Under the pieces are notes generated by a model. The model had not been told where the DNA came from and did no database searches. It saw nothing but the letters and a program-made list of their open reading frames with translations. Positions 1-8,119 of a DNA stretch of 64,000 bases are shown here, piece by piece; the stretch's first letter is position 1, and every line of letters starts with the position of its first letter. The translations under genes were made by a program, and so were the position numbers. Source of the stretch: Flavobacteriales bacterium. GTDB taxonomy: Bacteria; Bacteroidota; Bacteroidia; Flavobacteriales_F; PHOS-HE28. Where the stretch lies: positions 17,381-81,380 of the forward strand of contig JAWKNG010000005.1 in the NCBI GenBank assembly GCA_041391845.1, in the 5' to 3' direction.

Positions 1-1
1 G

Positions 2-583
2 CAGCAGTTCGCCTACACCAAGGGCAAGAACAGCACGGACAGCGCACTGATCATCGACGCCATGGACATCCTGCACGGCGAGCTGGTGGACGCTTTCTGC
101 ATTGTGAGCAGTGACAGTGACTATACCCGGTTGGCCACCCGCCTGCGCGAGAGTGGTCTGTTCGTCATGGGCGTCGGGGAGAAGAAGACCCCGGACGCCT
201 TTGTGAAAGCCTGTGAGCGCTTCATCTACGTAGAGAACCTTGATGTTCAAGAGGCAGGGACAGGGGCAGGAGCAGGGGCAGGAGCAGCCGGCAAGGAGCG
301 CGGCAAGCGCAGCACCTCCACCGCGAAGGCCCAGCCCGTGAAACTCTCGCAGAACGCGGAGCTCATGCGCAAAATGCGCAAGGCCTTCAACATTGCCAAG
401 GGTGAAGAGGAGGAGGTTTCCCTCAGCCTGATCGGTCAGGCCCTGCGCCGCCTGGATCCCGGCTTCGATCCGCGCAGCTACGGTCACGCATCACTTTCGT
501 CCTTGGTGATCGCCTTGAAGGACCAATTGGAGACCCGCCGCGAGGAGAAGGGCAACATGGTTATGGTGCGGTTCAGGGGGTGA
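2..583 (+). CDS. NYN (LabA-like, PIN-like) domain protein with C-terminal OST-HTH/LOTUS domain; 5' end truncated by the window edge
   Basis: The reading frame is open from base 2. The translation ...ALIIDAMDILHGELVDAFCIVSSDSDYTRLATRLRESGLFVMGVGEKKTPDAFVKACERFIY matches the NYN/LabA core. A GAGAGAGAAG linker leads to a C-terminal block typical of OST-HTH (LIGQALRRLDPGFDPRSYGHASLSSLV). Confidence 0.6.
   Translation, partial: QQFAYTKGKNSTDSALIIDAMDILHGELVDAFCIVSSDSDYTRLATRLRESGLFVMGVGEKKTPDAFVKACERFIYVENLDVQEAGTGAGAGAGAAGKERGKRSTSTAKAQPVKLSQNAELMRKMRKAFNIAKGEEEEVSLSLIGQALRRLDPGFDPRSYGHASLSSLVIALKDQLETRREEKGNMVMVRFRG
254..289 (+). repeat. Short GC-rich tandem repeat (GGGGCAGGAGCA x ~3) encoding a Gly/Ala linker
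   Basis: A direct repeat is visible in the DNA and translates to GTGAGAGAGAAG between the two domains of the NYN protein. Confidence 0.5.
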
Positions 584-612
584 GCCAACCGCGCCGGGTG
601 CGTCCGTCCGGC

Positions 613-620
613 TATCTTTG
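613..620 (+). promoter_or_regulatory. Putative Bacteroidota-type -7 promoter box (TATCTTTG) upstream of ileS
   Basis: The box fits the TAnnTTTG consensus and lies 42 nt upstream of the ileS ATG. The same TATCTT(T/C)GCG core recurs upstream of several other genes in this window. Confidence 0.4.
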
Positions 621-662
621 CGGCCCGCCTGCCGAAAGGCACGGTCCCGTAGAAAAGCCCTG

Positions 663-3600
663 ATGGACAAGCGTTTCCCGCAGTACGACGAACTCGACCT
701 GCCCAAGGTCGCTGAGGAGGTGTTGAAGCAATGGGAGGCCGAGGATACCTTCGGCAAGAGCCTGGAGCTGCGCAAGGACGCTCCGCCCTTCGTGTTCTAC
801 GAGGGCCCGCCCAGCGCCAACGGCCTGCCCGGCATCCACCACGTGATGGCCCGTGCCATCAAGGACATCTTCTGCCGCTACCAAACCCAGAAAGGCCACC
901 GCGTGGACCGCAAGGCGGGCTGGGACACGCACGGCCTGCCCATCGAGCTCGGCGTCGAGAAGGAGCTGGGCATCACCAAGGAGGACATCGGCAAGTCCAT
1001 CAGCATCGAGGAGTACAACGCGGCGTGCAGGAAGGCCGTGATGCGCTACACCGATGTGTGGAACGACCTGACGAAGCGCATCGGCTTCTGGCTCGACCTG
1101 GAGCATCCGTACGTCACGTACCACACCAAGTACATCGAGAGCGTGTGGCACCTGCTGAAGCAGCTCCACGATCAGGACCTGCTGTACAAGGGCTACACCA
1201 TCCAGCCTTACTCGCCTGCAGCGGGCACTGGACTCAGCAGCCACGAGCTGAACCAACCTGGCACGTACAAGCCGGTGAAGGACACCAGCGTGGTGGCGCA
1301 GTTCAAGGTGAAGCGCGACGCGAACAGCGAATGGCTCTTCAACGATGCCTTCGGTGAGGTCTTCATCCTCGCGTGGACGACCACGCCTTGGACCCTGCCC
1401 AGCAACTGCGCGCTCACCGTGGGCCCCAAGCTGGACTATGCCCGCGTGAAGACCTTCAACCCCTACACGCACGCCCCGCAGACCGTGGTGCTGGCCAAGG
1501 CGCGGTTGAATGCCTACTTCAAGGAGGAGCACAAGGATGCTTCGTTCGACGACTACAAGAAGGACGGGAAGAACATCCCCTGGAGCATCCTCGACGAATT
1601 CTACGGCCACCAGCTCGAGGGCGTCCGCTACGAGCAGCTGCTGCCCTATGCGACACCCGAAGGCGGCGATGCCTTCACCGTGATCGGCGGCGATTTCGTG
1701 ACCACGGAGGACGGTACGGGCGTGGTGCACACGGCACCCAGCTTCGGTGCGGATGACCAGCGTGTGGCGCGCCAGCACGGCATCGGATCGCTCACCCTCG
1801 TTGATCTGCGCGGTCGCTTCAAGACAGAGGTGACCGACTTCGCCGGCGAGTACGTGAAGGCCGAGTACCTCAGCAAGGAGGAGCAGGAGGCCGAAGTGAA
1901 GAAGCAGGGCCGCGACAAGTACCTCAGCGTGGACGAGCGCATCGCCATCAAGCTGAAGACCGAGGGCCGCGCCTTCAAGGTGGAGAAGTACGAGCACAAC
2001 TACCCGCACTGCTGGCGCACCGATAAGCCTGTGCTCTACTACCCGCTCGACAGCTGGTTCGTGCGTGTGACCGCGAAGAAGGACCGGCTCATCGCGCTCA
2101 ACAGGACCATCACCTGGAAGCCCGAGAGCACCGGCACCGGGCGCTTCGGCAACTGGCTGGAGAACCTGCAGGACTGGAACCTGTCGCGCTCACGCTACTG
2201 GGGCATCCCGCTGCCCATCTGGCGCACCGAGGATGGCAGCGAGGAGCTCTGCATCGGCTCACTGAAACAGTTGAAGGAGGAGATCGCGCGCGCCGTGAAG
2301 GCCGGTGTGATGGCGGCCGACCCCTACGCCGCGTTCGACCCTGCGGACATGAGCGATGCCAACTACGACCGCATCGACATCCATCGTCCGTACGTGGACC
2401 ACATCGTACTGGTGAGCCCCGCCGGGAAGCCCATGCATCGCGAGACCGACCTCATCGACGTGTGGTTCGACAGCGGCGCCATGCCCTACGCGCAGTGGCA
2501 CTACCCCTTCGAGAACGAGGCCACCTTCAAGGAGAAGTTCCCGGCGGCCTTCATTGCCGAAGGCGTGGACCAGACGCGCGGTTGGTTCTACACCCTGCAC
2601 GCCATCGCCACGCTCACGCAGGACAGCGTCGCCTATCGCACTGTGGTGAGCAACGGCCTGGTTCTCGACAAGGTGGGCCAGAAGATGAGCAAGCGCCTGG
2701 GCAACGCGGTTGATCCGTTCAAGACGCTGGACCAGTATGGCGCCGATGCGGTGCGCTGGTACATGATCAGCAACGCCTCGCCCTGGGACAACCTGAAGTT
2801 CGACGCCGAGGGCATCACCGAGGTGCAGCGCAAGTTCTTCCGCGCGCTCTTCAATACCTACAACTTCTTCGCGCTGTATGCGAACATCGATGGCTTCGAT
2901 GGGAAGGGTGAAGTCTCGCTCACCGAAAGCGACCGCTGGATCCTCTCGCGCCTCAACAGCGTTCTGAAGCTCGCCGATGCGAGCTATGCCGACTACGAGC
3001 CCACGATCGCTGCGCGGGCCATCCAGGACTTCGTGGTGGAGGACCTGAGCAACTGGTACGTACGCCTCAACCGCCGCCGCTTCTGGAAGGGCGAGCTGGG
3101 CGCAGACAAGAACGCCGCGTTCAGCACCCTGCACCGCTGTCTGGAAGTGGTGGCCATGCTCAGCGCGCCCATCGCGCCCTTCTTCAGCGACCGCCTGTAC
3201 CGCGACCTGAAGGGCACGAGCGTACACCTCAGCGATTGGCCGAAGCACGACGAGCAACTGATCGACACTGAATTGGAGCAACGCACTGCGCTCGCGCAGA
3301 AGCTCACCTCACTGGTGCTGAGCATCCGCAAGAAGGAGGGCCACCGCGTGCGTCAGCCGCTGCAGAAGATGCTGGTGCCGGTGACCGATGCGGCCATGCG
3401 CACACGCCTCGAGGCCATCCGCGACCTGGTGTTGAGCGAGGTGAACGTGAAGGAACTCGTGATCCTCGATGCCAGTGAGAGCAAGCTCACCAAGAAGATC
3501 AAGCCGGACTTCAAGAAGCTCGGCGCGCGCATGGGCAAGCTGATGAAGAGCGTGGCTGTTGCGGTGAACGCGTTCGACCAGGCGCAGATCGCTGAGCTCG

Positions 3601-4046
3601 AAGCGAAGGGCCGTATGAAGCTCACGGTGGAAGGGCAGGAAGTGGAGCTGCTGCGCGACGACGTGGAGATCACGGCCGAGAACGTGCCGGGCCTGAGCGT
3701 GGCCAGTGATGGGCCGCTCACCGTGGCGCTGGACATCACCCTCACCGAGGACCTGATCAGCGAAGGCATCGCGCGCGAGCTGGTGAGCCGGATCCAGGCC
3801 CTGCGCAAGGAGAGCGGCTTCGAGGTGACGGACCGTGTTCAGTTGCATATCCATCCAGGAGGTGACGAACGGGTTGTGCAGGCCGTGCGGAGCCACGCCG
3901 GTTGGATACTGTCCGAAACACTGGCATTAACCCCTGAGGACCAGGTTCTTGTGTCGTCACTTCCGGCCGAGGGCGCGGGCATCCACGAAGTGGAGTTGGA
4001 CGAGCAGTTGCGGGTGGCACTGAGCCTTGTGCGGTCCGTGAACTGA
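663..4046 (+). CDS. ileS: Isoleucine--tRNA ligase
   Basis: The 1127-aa product carries the class I HIGH-type motif (PPSANGLPGIHH) and KMSKR, and has the length and architecture of IleS. The ORF-track start at 618 is a TTG inside the promoter box; ATG 663 (MDKRFPQY) is the likely start. Confidence 0.95.
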   Translation: MDKRFPQYDELDLPKVAEEVLKQWEAEDTFGKSLELRKDAPPFVFYEGPPSANGLPGIHHVMARAIKDIFCRYQTQKGHRVDRKAGWDTHGLPIELGVEKELGITKEDIGKSISIEEYNAACRKAVMRYTDVWNDLTKRIGFWLDLEHPYVTYHTKYIESVWHLLKQLHDQDLLYKGYTIQPYSPAAGTGLSSHELNQPGTYKPVKDTSVVAQFKVKRDANSEWLFNDAFGEVFILAWTTTPWTLPSNCALTVGPKLDYARVKTFNPYTHAPQTVVLAKARLNAYFKEEHKDASFDDYKKDGKNIPWSILDEFYGHQLEGVRYEQLLPYATPEGGDAFTVIGGDFVTTEDGTGVVHTAPSFGADDQRVARQHGIGSLTLVDLRGRFKTEVTDFAGEYVKAEYLSKEEQEAEVKKQGRDKYLSVDERIAIKLKTEGRAFKVEKYEHNYPHCWRTDKPVLYYPLDSWFVRVTAKKDRLIALNRTITWKPESTGTGRFGNWLENLQDWNLSRSRYWGIPLPIWRTEDGSEELCIGSLKQLKEEIARAVKAGVMAADPYAAFDPADMSDANYDRIDIHRPYVDHIVLVSPAGKPMHRETDLIDVWFDSGAMPYAQWHYPFENEATFKEKFPAAFIAEGVDQTRGWFYTLHAIATLTQDSVAYRTVVSNGLVLDKVGQKMSKRLGNAVDPFKTLDQYGADAVRWYMISNASPWDNLKFDAEGITEVQRKFFRALFNTYNFFALYANIDGFDGKGEVSLTESDRWILSRLNSVLKLADASYADYEPTIAARAIQDFVVEDLSNWYVRLNRRRFWKGELGADKNAAFSTLHRCLEVVAMLSAPIAPFFSDRLYRDLKGTSVHLSDWPKHDEQLIDTELEQRTALAQKLTSLVLSIRKKEGHRVRQPLQKMLVPVTDAAMRTRLEAIRDLVLSEVNVKELVILDASESKLTKKIKPDFKKLGARMGKLMKSVAVAVNAFDQAQIAELEAKGRMKLTVEGQEVELLRDDVEITAENVPGLSVASDGPLTVALDITLTEDLISEGIARELVSRIQALRKESGFEVTDRVQLHIHPGGDERVVQAVRSHAGWILSETLALTPEDQVLVSSLPAEGAGIHEVELDEQLRVALSLVRSVN

Positions 4047-4060
4047 CGCGCGAAAGCGCC

Positions 4061-4068
4061 TATATTTG
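4061..4068 (+). promoter_or_regulatory. Putative -7 promoter box (TATATTTG) for the dksA-like gene
   Basis: Exact TAnnTTTG match about 30 nt upstream of ATG 4099. Confidence 0.45.
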
Positions 4069-4098
4069 CGGATCTTCAACGCAAGCCCCGCTACGACC

Positions 4099-5205
4099 AT
4101 GGCCAAGAAACCCGCTCCGAAGAAGGCTGCAAAACCTGCAAAGCCCGCCGCCAAGAAGGTGACCAAGGCCGCAGCGAAGTCGAAGCCCGCCGCCAAGAAA
4201 GCGGCCAAAGTGGCGCCCAAGAAAGCGGCTGCGAAGCCGGCTAAGGCCGCCAGTAAGAAGCCGGTGAAAGCCGCTGCCAAGAAGGCGGCGCCCAAGAAGG
4301 CCGTGGCGAAGAAAGTGACCAAGCCCGCAGCCAAGAAAGCCGCACCCAAAAAGGCGGCGCCCAAGAAGGTAGCGGTGAAGAAGGCAGCGGTGAAAAAAGC
4401 GGCACCGAAGAAGGTGGTGGCCAAAAAGGCTGCGCCGAAGAAAGCGGCACCGAAGAAAGCAGCGAAGAAGGCCGCGCCGAAGAAAGCTGCGGCCAAGCCA
4501 GTGTTGAAGAAGACGCCTGCAAAGCCCGTTGCAAAAGCCGCGCCCGCCAAGGCCGCAACCAAGGCCGCACCAGCCAAACCGGCGGCCAAGGCCCCTGCAC
4601 CTAAACCTGTACCCGTGAACAAGCCGGCCACAAAGGCCGTTGCTCCCACTCCGGCAGCCCCCAAAGCGGCGCCGACACCCAAGCCCGTGAAGAAGGACGT
4701 GAAGAAGACCGAAACGGCCGAGAGCGCAAGATCTGCCGCATCAAAACCCCTGGTGACCCAGGTGGTGGCCCCCAACCGACCCATGGCGGCACCGGTGGTG
4801 AAGAAGCAGGTAAGCACCCTGGAGAGCGCCGACAAGGTGCGCTACTCTGATGATGAGCTCGCCGAATTCAAGGAGTTGATCCTGAAAAAGTTGGACGAGG
4901 CCCGCAAGGACTATGACCTGCTGAAGCAGACATTGGCCAACACGGACAACAACGGCACGGACGATACGAGCCCTTCCTTCAAGATGATTGAGGACGGCAG
5001 CGAGACCCTGAGCCGCGAAGAAACGGCCCAGCTTGCTGGTCGCCAGGAGAAGTTCATCAAGCACCTGGAGGACGCCCTGCTTCGCATCCGCAACAAGACC
5101 TACGGCATCTGCCGCGTCACCGGTCGCTTGATCAGCAAGGAGCGTCTGCGCCTCGTGCCACACGCCACCCTGAGCATCGAGGCCAAGCAGCAGATGGGCA
5201 ACTAA
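4099..5205 (+). CDS. DksA/TraR-family C4-type zinc-finger-like protein with a long N-terminal histone H1-like Lys/Ala-rich repeat domain
   Basis: About 230 N-terminal residues are (A/P)KKAA(P)KK repeats. The C-terminal region (~120 aa: DELAEFKELILKKLDEARKDY...TYGICRVTGRLISKERLRLVPHATLSIEAKQQ) has the DksA/TraR layout. The position between ileS and lspA is conserved in Bacteroidota. Confidence 0.7.
   Translation: MAKKPAPKKAAKPAKPAAKKVTKAAAKSKPAAKKAAKVAPKKAAAKPAKAASKKPVKAAAKKAAPKKAVAKKVTKPAAKKAAPKKAAPKKVAVKKAAVKKAAPKKVVAKKAAPKKAAPKKAAKKAAPKKAAAKPVLKKTPAKPVAKAAPAKAATKAAPAKPAAKAPAPKPVPVNKPATKAVAPTPAAPKAAPTPKPVKKDVKKTETAESARSAASKPLVTQVVAPNRPMAAPVVKKQVSTLESADKVRYSDDELAEFKELILKKLDEARKDYDLLKQTLANTDNNGTDDTSPSFKMIEDGSETLSREETAQLAGRQEKFIKHLEDALLRIRNKTYGICRVTGRLISKERLRLVPHATLSIEAKQQMGN
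4105..4620 (+). repeat. In-frame tandem nucleotide repeats (gccaagaaagcggcgcccaagaag variants) encoding KAAPKK-type repeats
   Basis: Many near-identical 18-24 nt units are visible in the DNA, and the protein shows the same periodicity. Confidence 0.6.
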
Positions 5206-5229
5206 GCCCGCGGCGATCTGTCGTTCCCA

Positions 5230-5913
5230 GTGAAGCGCCCGCTGCTCATCATCCTGCTCGTGCTGCTGGCCGACCAGGTGTTGAAGGTGTGGGTGAAGCT
5301 CACCTTCTTTTACGATGCGGCCGTTCCGCTCTTCGGCGACTGGGGGTACCTGCACTTCATCGAGAACCGGGGCATGGCCTTCGGCATGGAGTTCGGTGGT
5401 GCGTGGGGGAAGCTCGCCCTTTCATTGTTCCGCATTGCAGCGGTCGCTGGCATCGGTTATGCCCTGCTGCGCATGGTACGCCAGGGTGCGCGCACGGCCC
5501 AGGTGGTCAGTGTATCGTTGATCTTTGCCGGAGCGCTGGGGAACATCATCGACAGTACCTTCTATGGCGTGCTCTTCAGTGCCAGCACACCGTTCCAGAA
5601 GGCCGTGCTCCTCCCCGCGGAAGGCGGCTACGCACCCTTGTTGCACGGCGCGGTGGTGGACATGTTCTACTTCCCCCTTTGGGAAGGCGTGCTGCCTGAA
5701 TGGCTCCCGATCTGGGGCGGGGAGTACGCCCTCTTCTTCCGTCCGGTCTTCAACATCGCCGATGCGGCCATCACCATTGGAGTGGCGCTGTTCATATTGG
5801 TGCAACGGCCGGAGCCGGCCAAGCCCGCAGCAGCCGATGCGGCGCAGGCGGATGTCACCCCGCTGCCGGATGCTCCCGACAGCTCTGCGGAAGCGCCTCG
5901 CACGGAAGCGTAA
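5230..5913 (+). CDS. lspA: Lipoprotein signal peptidase II with a Pro/Ala-rich C-terminal extension
   Basis: The LspA core is present (NRGMAFGM, FNIADAAITIGV). It uses a GTG start. The ~40-aa C-terminal tail is low-complexity (PEPAKPAAADAAQADVTPLPDAPDSSAEAPRTEA). Confidence 0.85.
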   Translation: MKRPLLIILLVLLADQVLKVWVKLTFFYDAAVPLFGDWGYLHFIENRGMAFGMEFGGAWGKLALSLFRIAAVAGIGYALLRMVRQGARTAQVVSVSLIFAGALGNIIDSTFYGVLFSASTPFQKAVLLPAEGGYAPLLHGAVVDMFYFPLWEGVLPEWLPIWGGEYALFFRPVFNIADAAITIGVALFILVQRPEPAKPAAADAAQADVTPLPDAPDSSAEAPRTEA

Positions 5914-5949
5914 GCGAAAGGATCGTCATCAAGCCCGCACCTTTGCCGC

Positions 5950-7059
5950 ATGTTCGCAGCAGGTGCCTTTACCTACCGAACGGGACACCATGCACCGCTA
6001 GACGGGCTGCGCGCGGTGGCGGTACTGCTGGTAGTGGGCTACCACTGGCTGCCGGGTCTGTTGCCGCAAGGCTTGATGCAGCTTGGGTGGAGCGGAGTGG
6101 ACCTCTTCTTCGTGCTCTCCGGCTTCCTGATCACAGGGCAGTTGCTGGATGAGCAGGGCGCACCAGGCTGGTATGGTCGCTTCCTGGCGCGACGGGCCTT
6201 GCGCATCCTACCGCTCTACTATGCAGCACTCCTGCTCTTTGTGGCCTACGCGCGGATGAGCAACGATCCAGAAGCGCAGTCCACCCTGAGCGGCATGCCA
6301 TGGTTCTGGACCTACACGCCCAACCTGTGGTTCAGCTTGGAAGGCATGCCCGGTGCACGTGGCCTGCTCAACCACTTCTGGTCGCTGGGGCTGGAAGAGC
6401 AGTTCTACCTGCTTTGGCCGGCGGCGATCGCCTTCTTGCCCGGCCGCACCATCCCGGTGCTGGCATTGGGCGGCGTTCTTTTGGGGGTGATCATCCGGCA
6501 CCTGCACCCGGTGGTCCCCTTCGCTTACACCTTTCCACTAGCGCACGCCGATGGACTGTTGTTGGGCGGCGCGATAGCTTGGGCCATGCGCTACAAGCGC
6601 GTTACGTTGGAGCGCTGGTGGTCGCCGGTCATGATCCTCGCTGGAGTTGCACTCCTGTTCCTTGTTTTGGGCACCGTTCCGATCAGCATCCATCATCCCC
6701 TGTTCATCCGGTGGGCACCCACACTGTTCCCCCTGCTGTTCGCCAGCTTGCTGTGCGCCACGTTCGCGAAAGGTGAACACTGGCAGCGGTACTGGCAGCG
6801 GCCATTGAGCGTTCCGCTATTGGCTTTTATCGCGCGCTATTCCTACGGCATCTATGTGATCCATTGGCCGCTGCTGCTGATGCGCGATCGCATCCAGGAT
6901 GCACTTGTGGAAGCTGGTGTGCGCGCAAGCAGTGCTGGCACGGTGTTCACCTTGCTCTATTTCCCGGGCGTACTGTTGCTCGCCCTGCTCAGCTACCACG
7001 CATTGGAACGACCCTTCCTACGCCTAAAGCGCCACTTCAGCGTTCAGGCAACGCGCTGA
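5950..7059 (+). CDS. Acyltransferase family 3 (OafA/YrhL-like) membrane protein
   Basis: The N-terminus reads LDGLRAVAVLLVVGYHW, which is typical of acyltransferase 3. The product is polytopic and ends SYHALERPFLRLK. Confidence 0.8.
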   Translation: MFAAGAFTYRTGHHAPLDGLRAVAVLLVVGYHWLPGLLPQGLMQLGWSGVDLFFVLSGFLITGQLLDEQGAPGWYGRFLARRALRILPLYYAALLLFVAYARMSNDPEAQSTLSGMPWFWTYTPNLWFSLEGMPGARGLLNHFWSLGLEEQFYLLWPAAIAFLPGRTIPVLALGGVLLGVIIRHLHPVVPFAYTFPLAHADGLLLGGAIAWAMRYKRVTLERWWSPVMILAGVALLFLVLGTVPISIHHPLFIRWAPTLFPLLFASLLCATFAKGEHWQRYWQRPLSVPLLAFIARYSYGIYVIHWPLLLMRDRIQDALVEAGVRASSAGTVFTLLYFPGVLLLALLSYHALERPFLRLKRHFSVQATR

Positions 7060-8051
7060 GGCACCTTCAGCAGCCCCTTCTTCACCAACAGCTCGGCGAT
7101 CTGCACGGCATTGGTGGCCGCGCCCTTGCGCAGATTGTCCGCCACGATCCACATGTTCAAGGTGCGGGGCTGGGTCTCGTCGCGGCGCAGGCGGCCAACG
7201 AACACCTCGTCGCGGCCGTTGGCGATCAAGGGCATGGGATACGCATCCTGTGCAGGATCATCGAGCAGTTGAACGCCCGGTGCGTTCCGTAGCAGTTCAC
7301 GCACCTTCTCCAGATCGAACTCCCGCTCGAACTCCACGTTCACAGCCTCGCTATGGCCACCGGTAACAGGCACACGCACGGCGGTGGCGGTCACGCGGAT
7401 GGCCGGGTCGAGGATCTTGTTCGTTTCATGCACGAGCTTCATCTCCTCCTTGGTGTAGCCATTGTCCGTGAACACATCACAGCGCGGGATCACATTGCGG
7501 TCGATCGCGAAGGGGTAGGCCATTTCGCCCTGTACACCGTTGCGCTCGTTCTCCAGTTGACGCACGGCCTTCATGCCGGTACCGGTAACGCTCTGATAGG
7601 TGGAGACGATGACCCGTTGCACGTTGAACACCTTGTGCAGCGGGGCCAGCGCCAGTACCAGCTGAATGGTACTGCAGTTGGGGTTGGCGATGATCCGATC
7701 ATCAGCGGTCAGCACATCCCCATTGATCTCCGGCACCACCAGCTTCTTATCGGGGAACATGCGCCATGCGCTGCTGTTGTCCACCACGGTGCAGCCCACT
7801 TCGGCGAAGCATGGCGCCCATTCGAGTGACGTAGCGCCGCCGGCGGAGAACAGTGCGAGCTGCGGGCGCGCAGCGATGGCCGCTTCCATGCCCACGACCG
7901 GGACCTGTGTTCCGGCGAAGGGGACCAGGCTTCCAACGCTGCGTTCGGTGGCCACGGGCAACAGCTCATCGACGGGGAACCGGCGCTCTTCGAGCACCTT
8001 CAGCATCACCCCACCGACCATGCCGGTGGCACCTACTACAGCGACTTTCAT
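7044..8051 (-). CDS. asd: Aspartate-semialdehyde dehydrogenase
   Basis: MKVAVVGATGMVGGVMLKVLEER... with the active-site region NPNCSTIQLVLALAPL; 335 aa. Confidence 0.9.
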   Translation of the reverse strand: MKVAVVGATGMVGGVMLKVLEERRFPVDELLPVATERSVGSLVPFAGTQVPVVGMEAAIAARPQLALFSAGGATSLEWAPCFAEVGCTVVDNSSAWRMFPDKKLVVPEINGDVLTADDRIIANPNCSTIQLVLALAPLHKVFNVQRVIVSTYQSVTGTGMKAVRQLENERNGVQGEMAYPFAIDRNVIPRCDVFTDNGYTKEEMKLVHETNKILDPAIRVTATAVRVPVTGGHSEAVNVEFEREFDLEKVRELLRNAPGVQLLDDPAQDAYPMPLIANGRDEVFVGRLRRDETQPRTLNMWIVADNLRKGAATNAVQIAELLVKKGLLKVPQRVA

Positions 8052-8078
8052 GGCGTTAGCGGTGGTTGGGCCGCAGGG

Positions 8079-8086
8079 CGAAAGTA
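8079..8086 (-). promoter_or_regulatory. Putative -7-like box (TACTTTCG on the minus strand) upstream of asd
   Basis: A TAnnTT(C)G variant lies about 27 nt upstream of the asd start. Confidence 0.25.
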
Positions 8087-8119
8087 CTACCTTGGGGCAC
8101 TGTCGAACCTGCCTTCCTC

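Noticed and set aside
612-2009. 465-aa ORF antisense to ileS, and similar long antisense ORFs: 8138-10237 (699 aa), 12239-13264, 13805-14878, 16499-18469 (656 aa), 21241-22329, 29402-30658, 43227-44351, 53814-54818, 56410-57735, 58882-59946
   Set aside because: All lie fully inside well-supported genes on the opposite strand. They are Arg/Gly/Ala/His-rich with no motifs. This is the usual consequence of about 65% GC lowering stop-codon frequency in antisense frames.
4105-4620. Possible minisatellite or assembly artefact rather than coding sequence
   Set aside because: The repeats stay in frame for about 230 codons with no stops and connect to a conserved DksA/TraR-like C-terminus, so the sequence is coding. 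Repeat number may still be unreliable in short-read assemblies.
3957-4835. 292-aa ORF antisense to the KA-rich gene, encoding (FFGAA)n
   Set aside because: It is a mirror artefact of the AAG/GCC repeat codons of the lysine/alanine tail.
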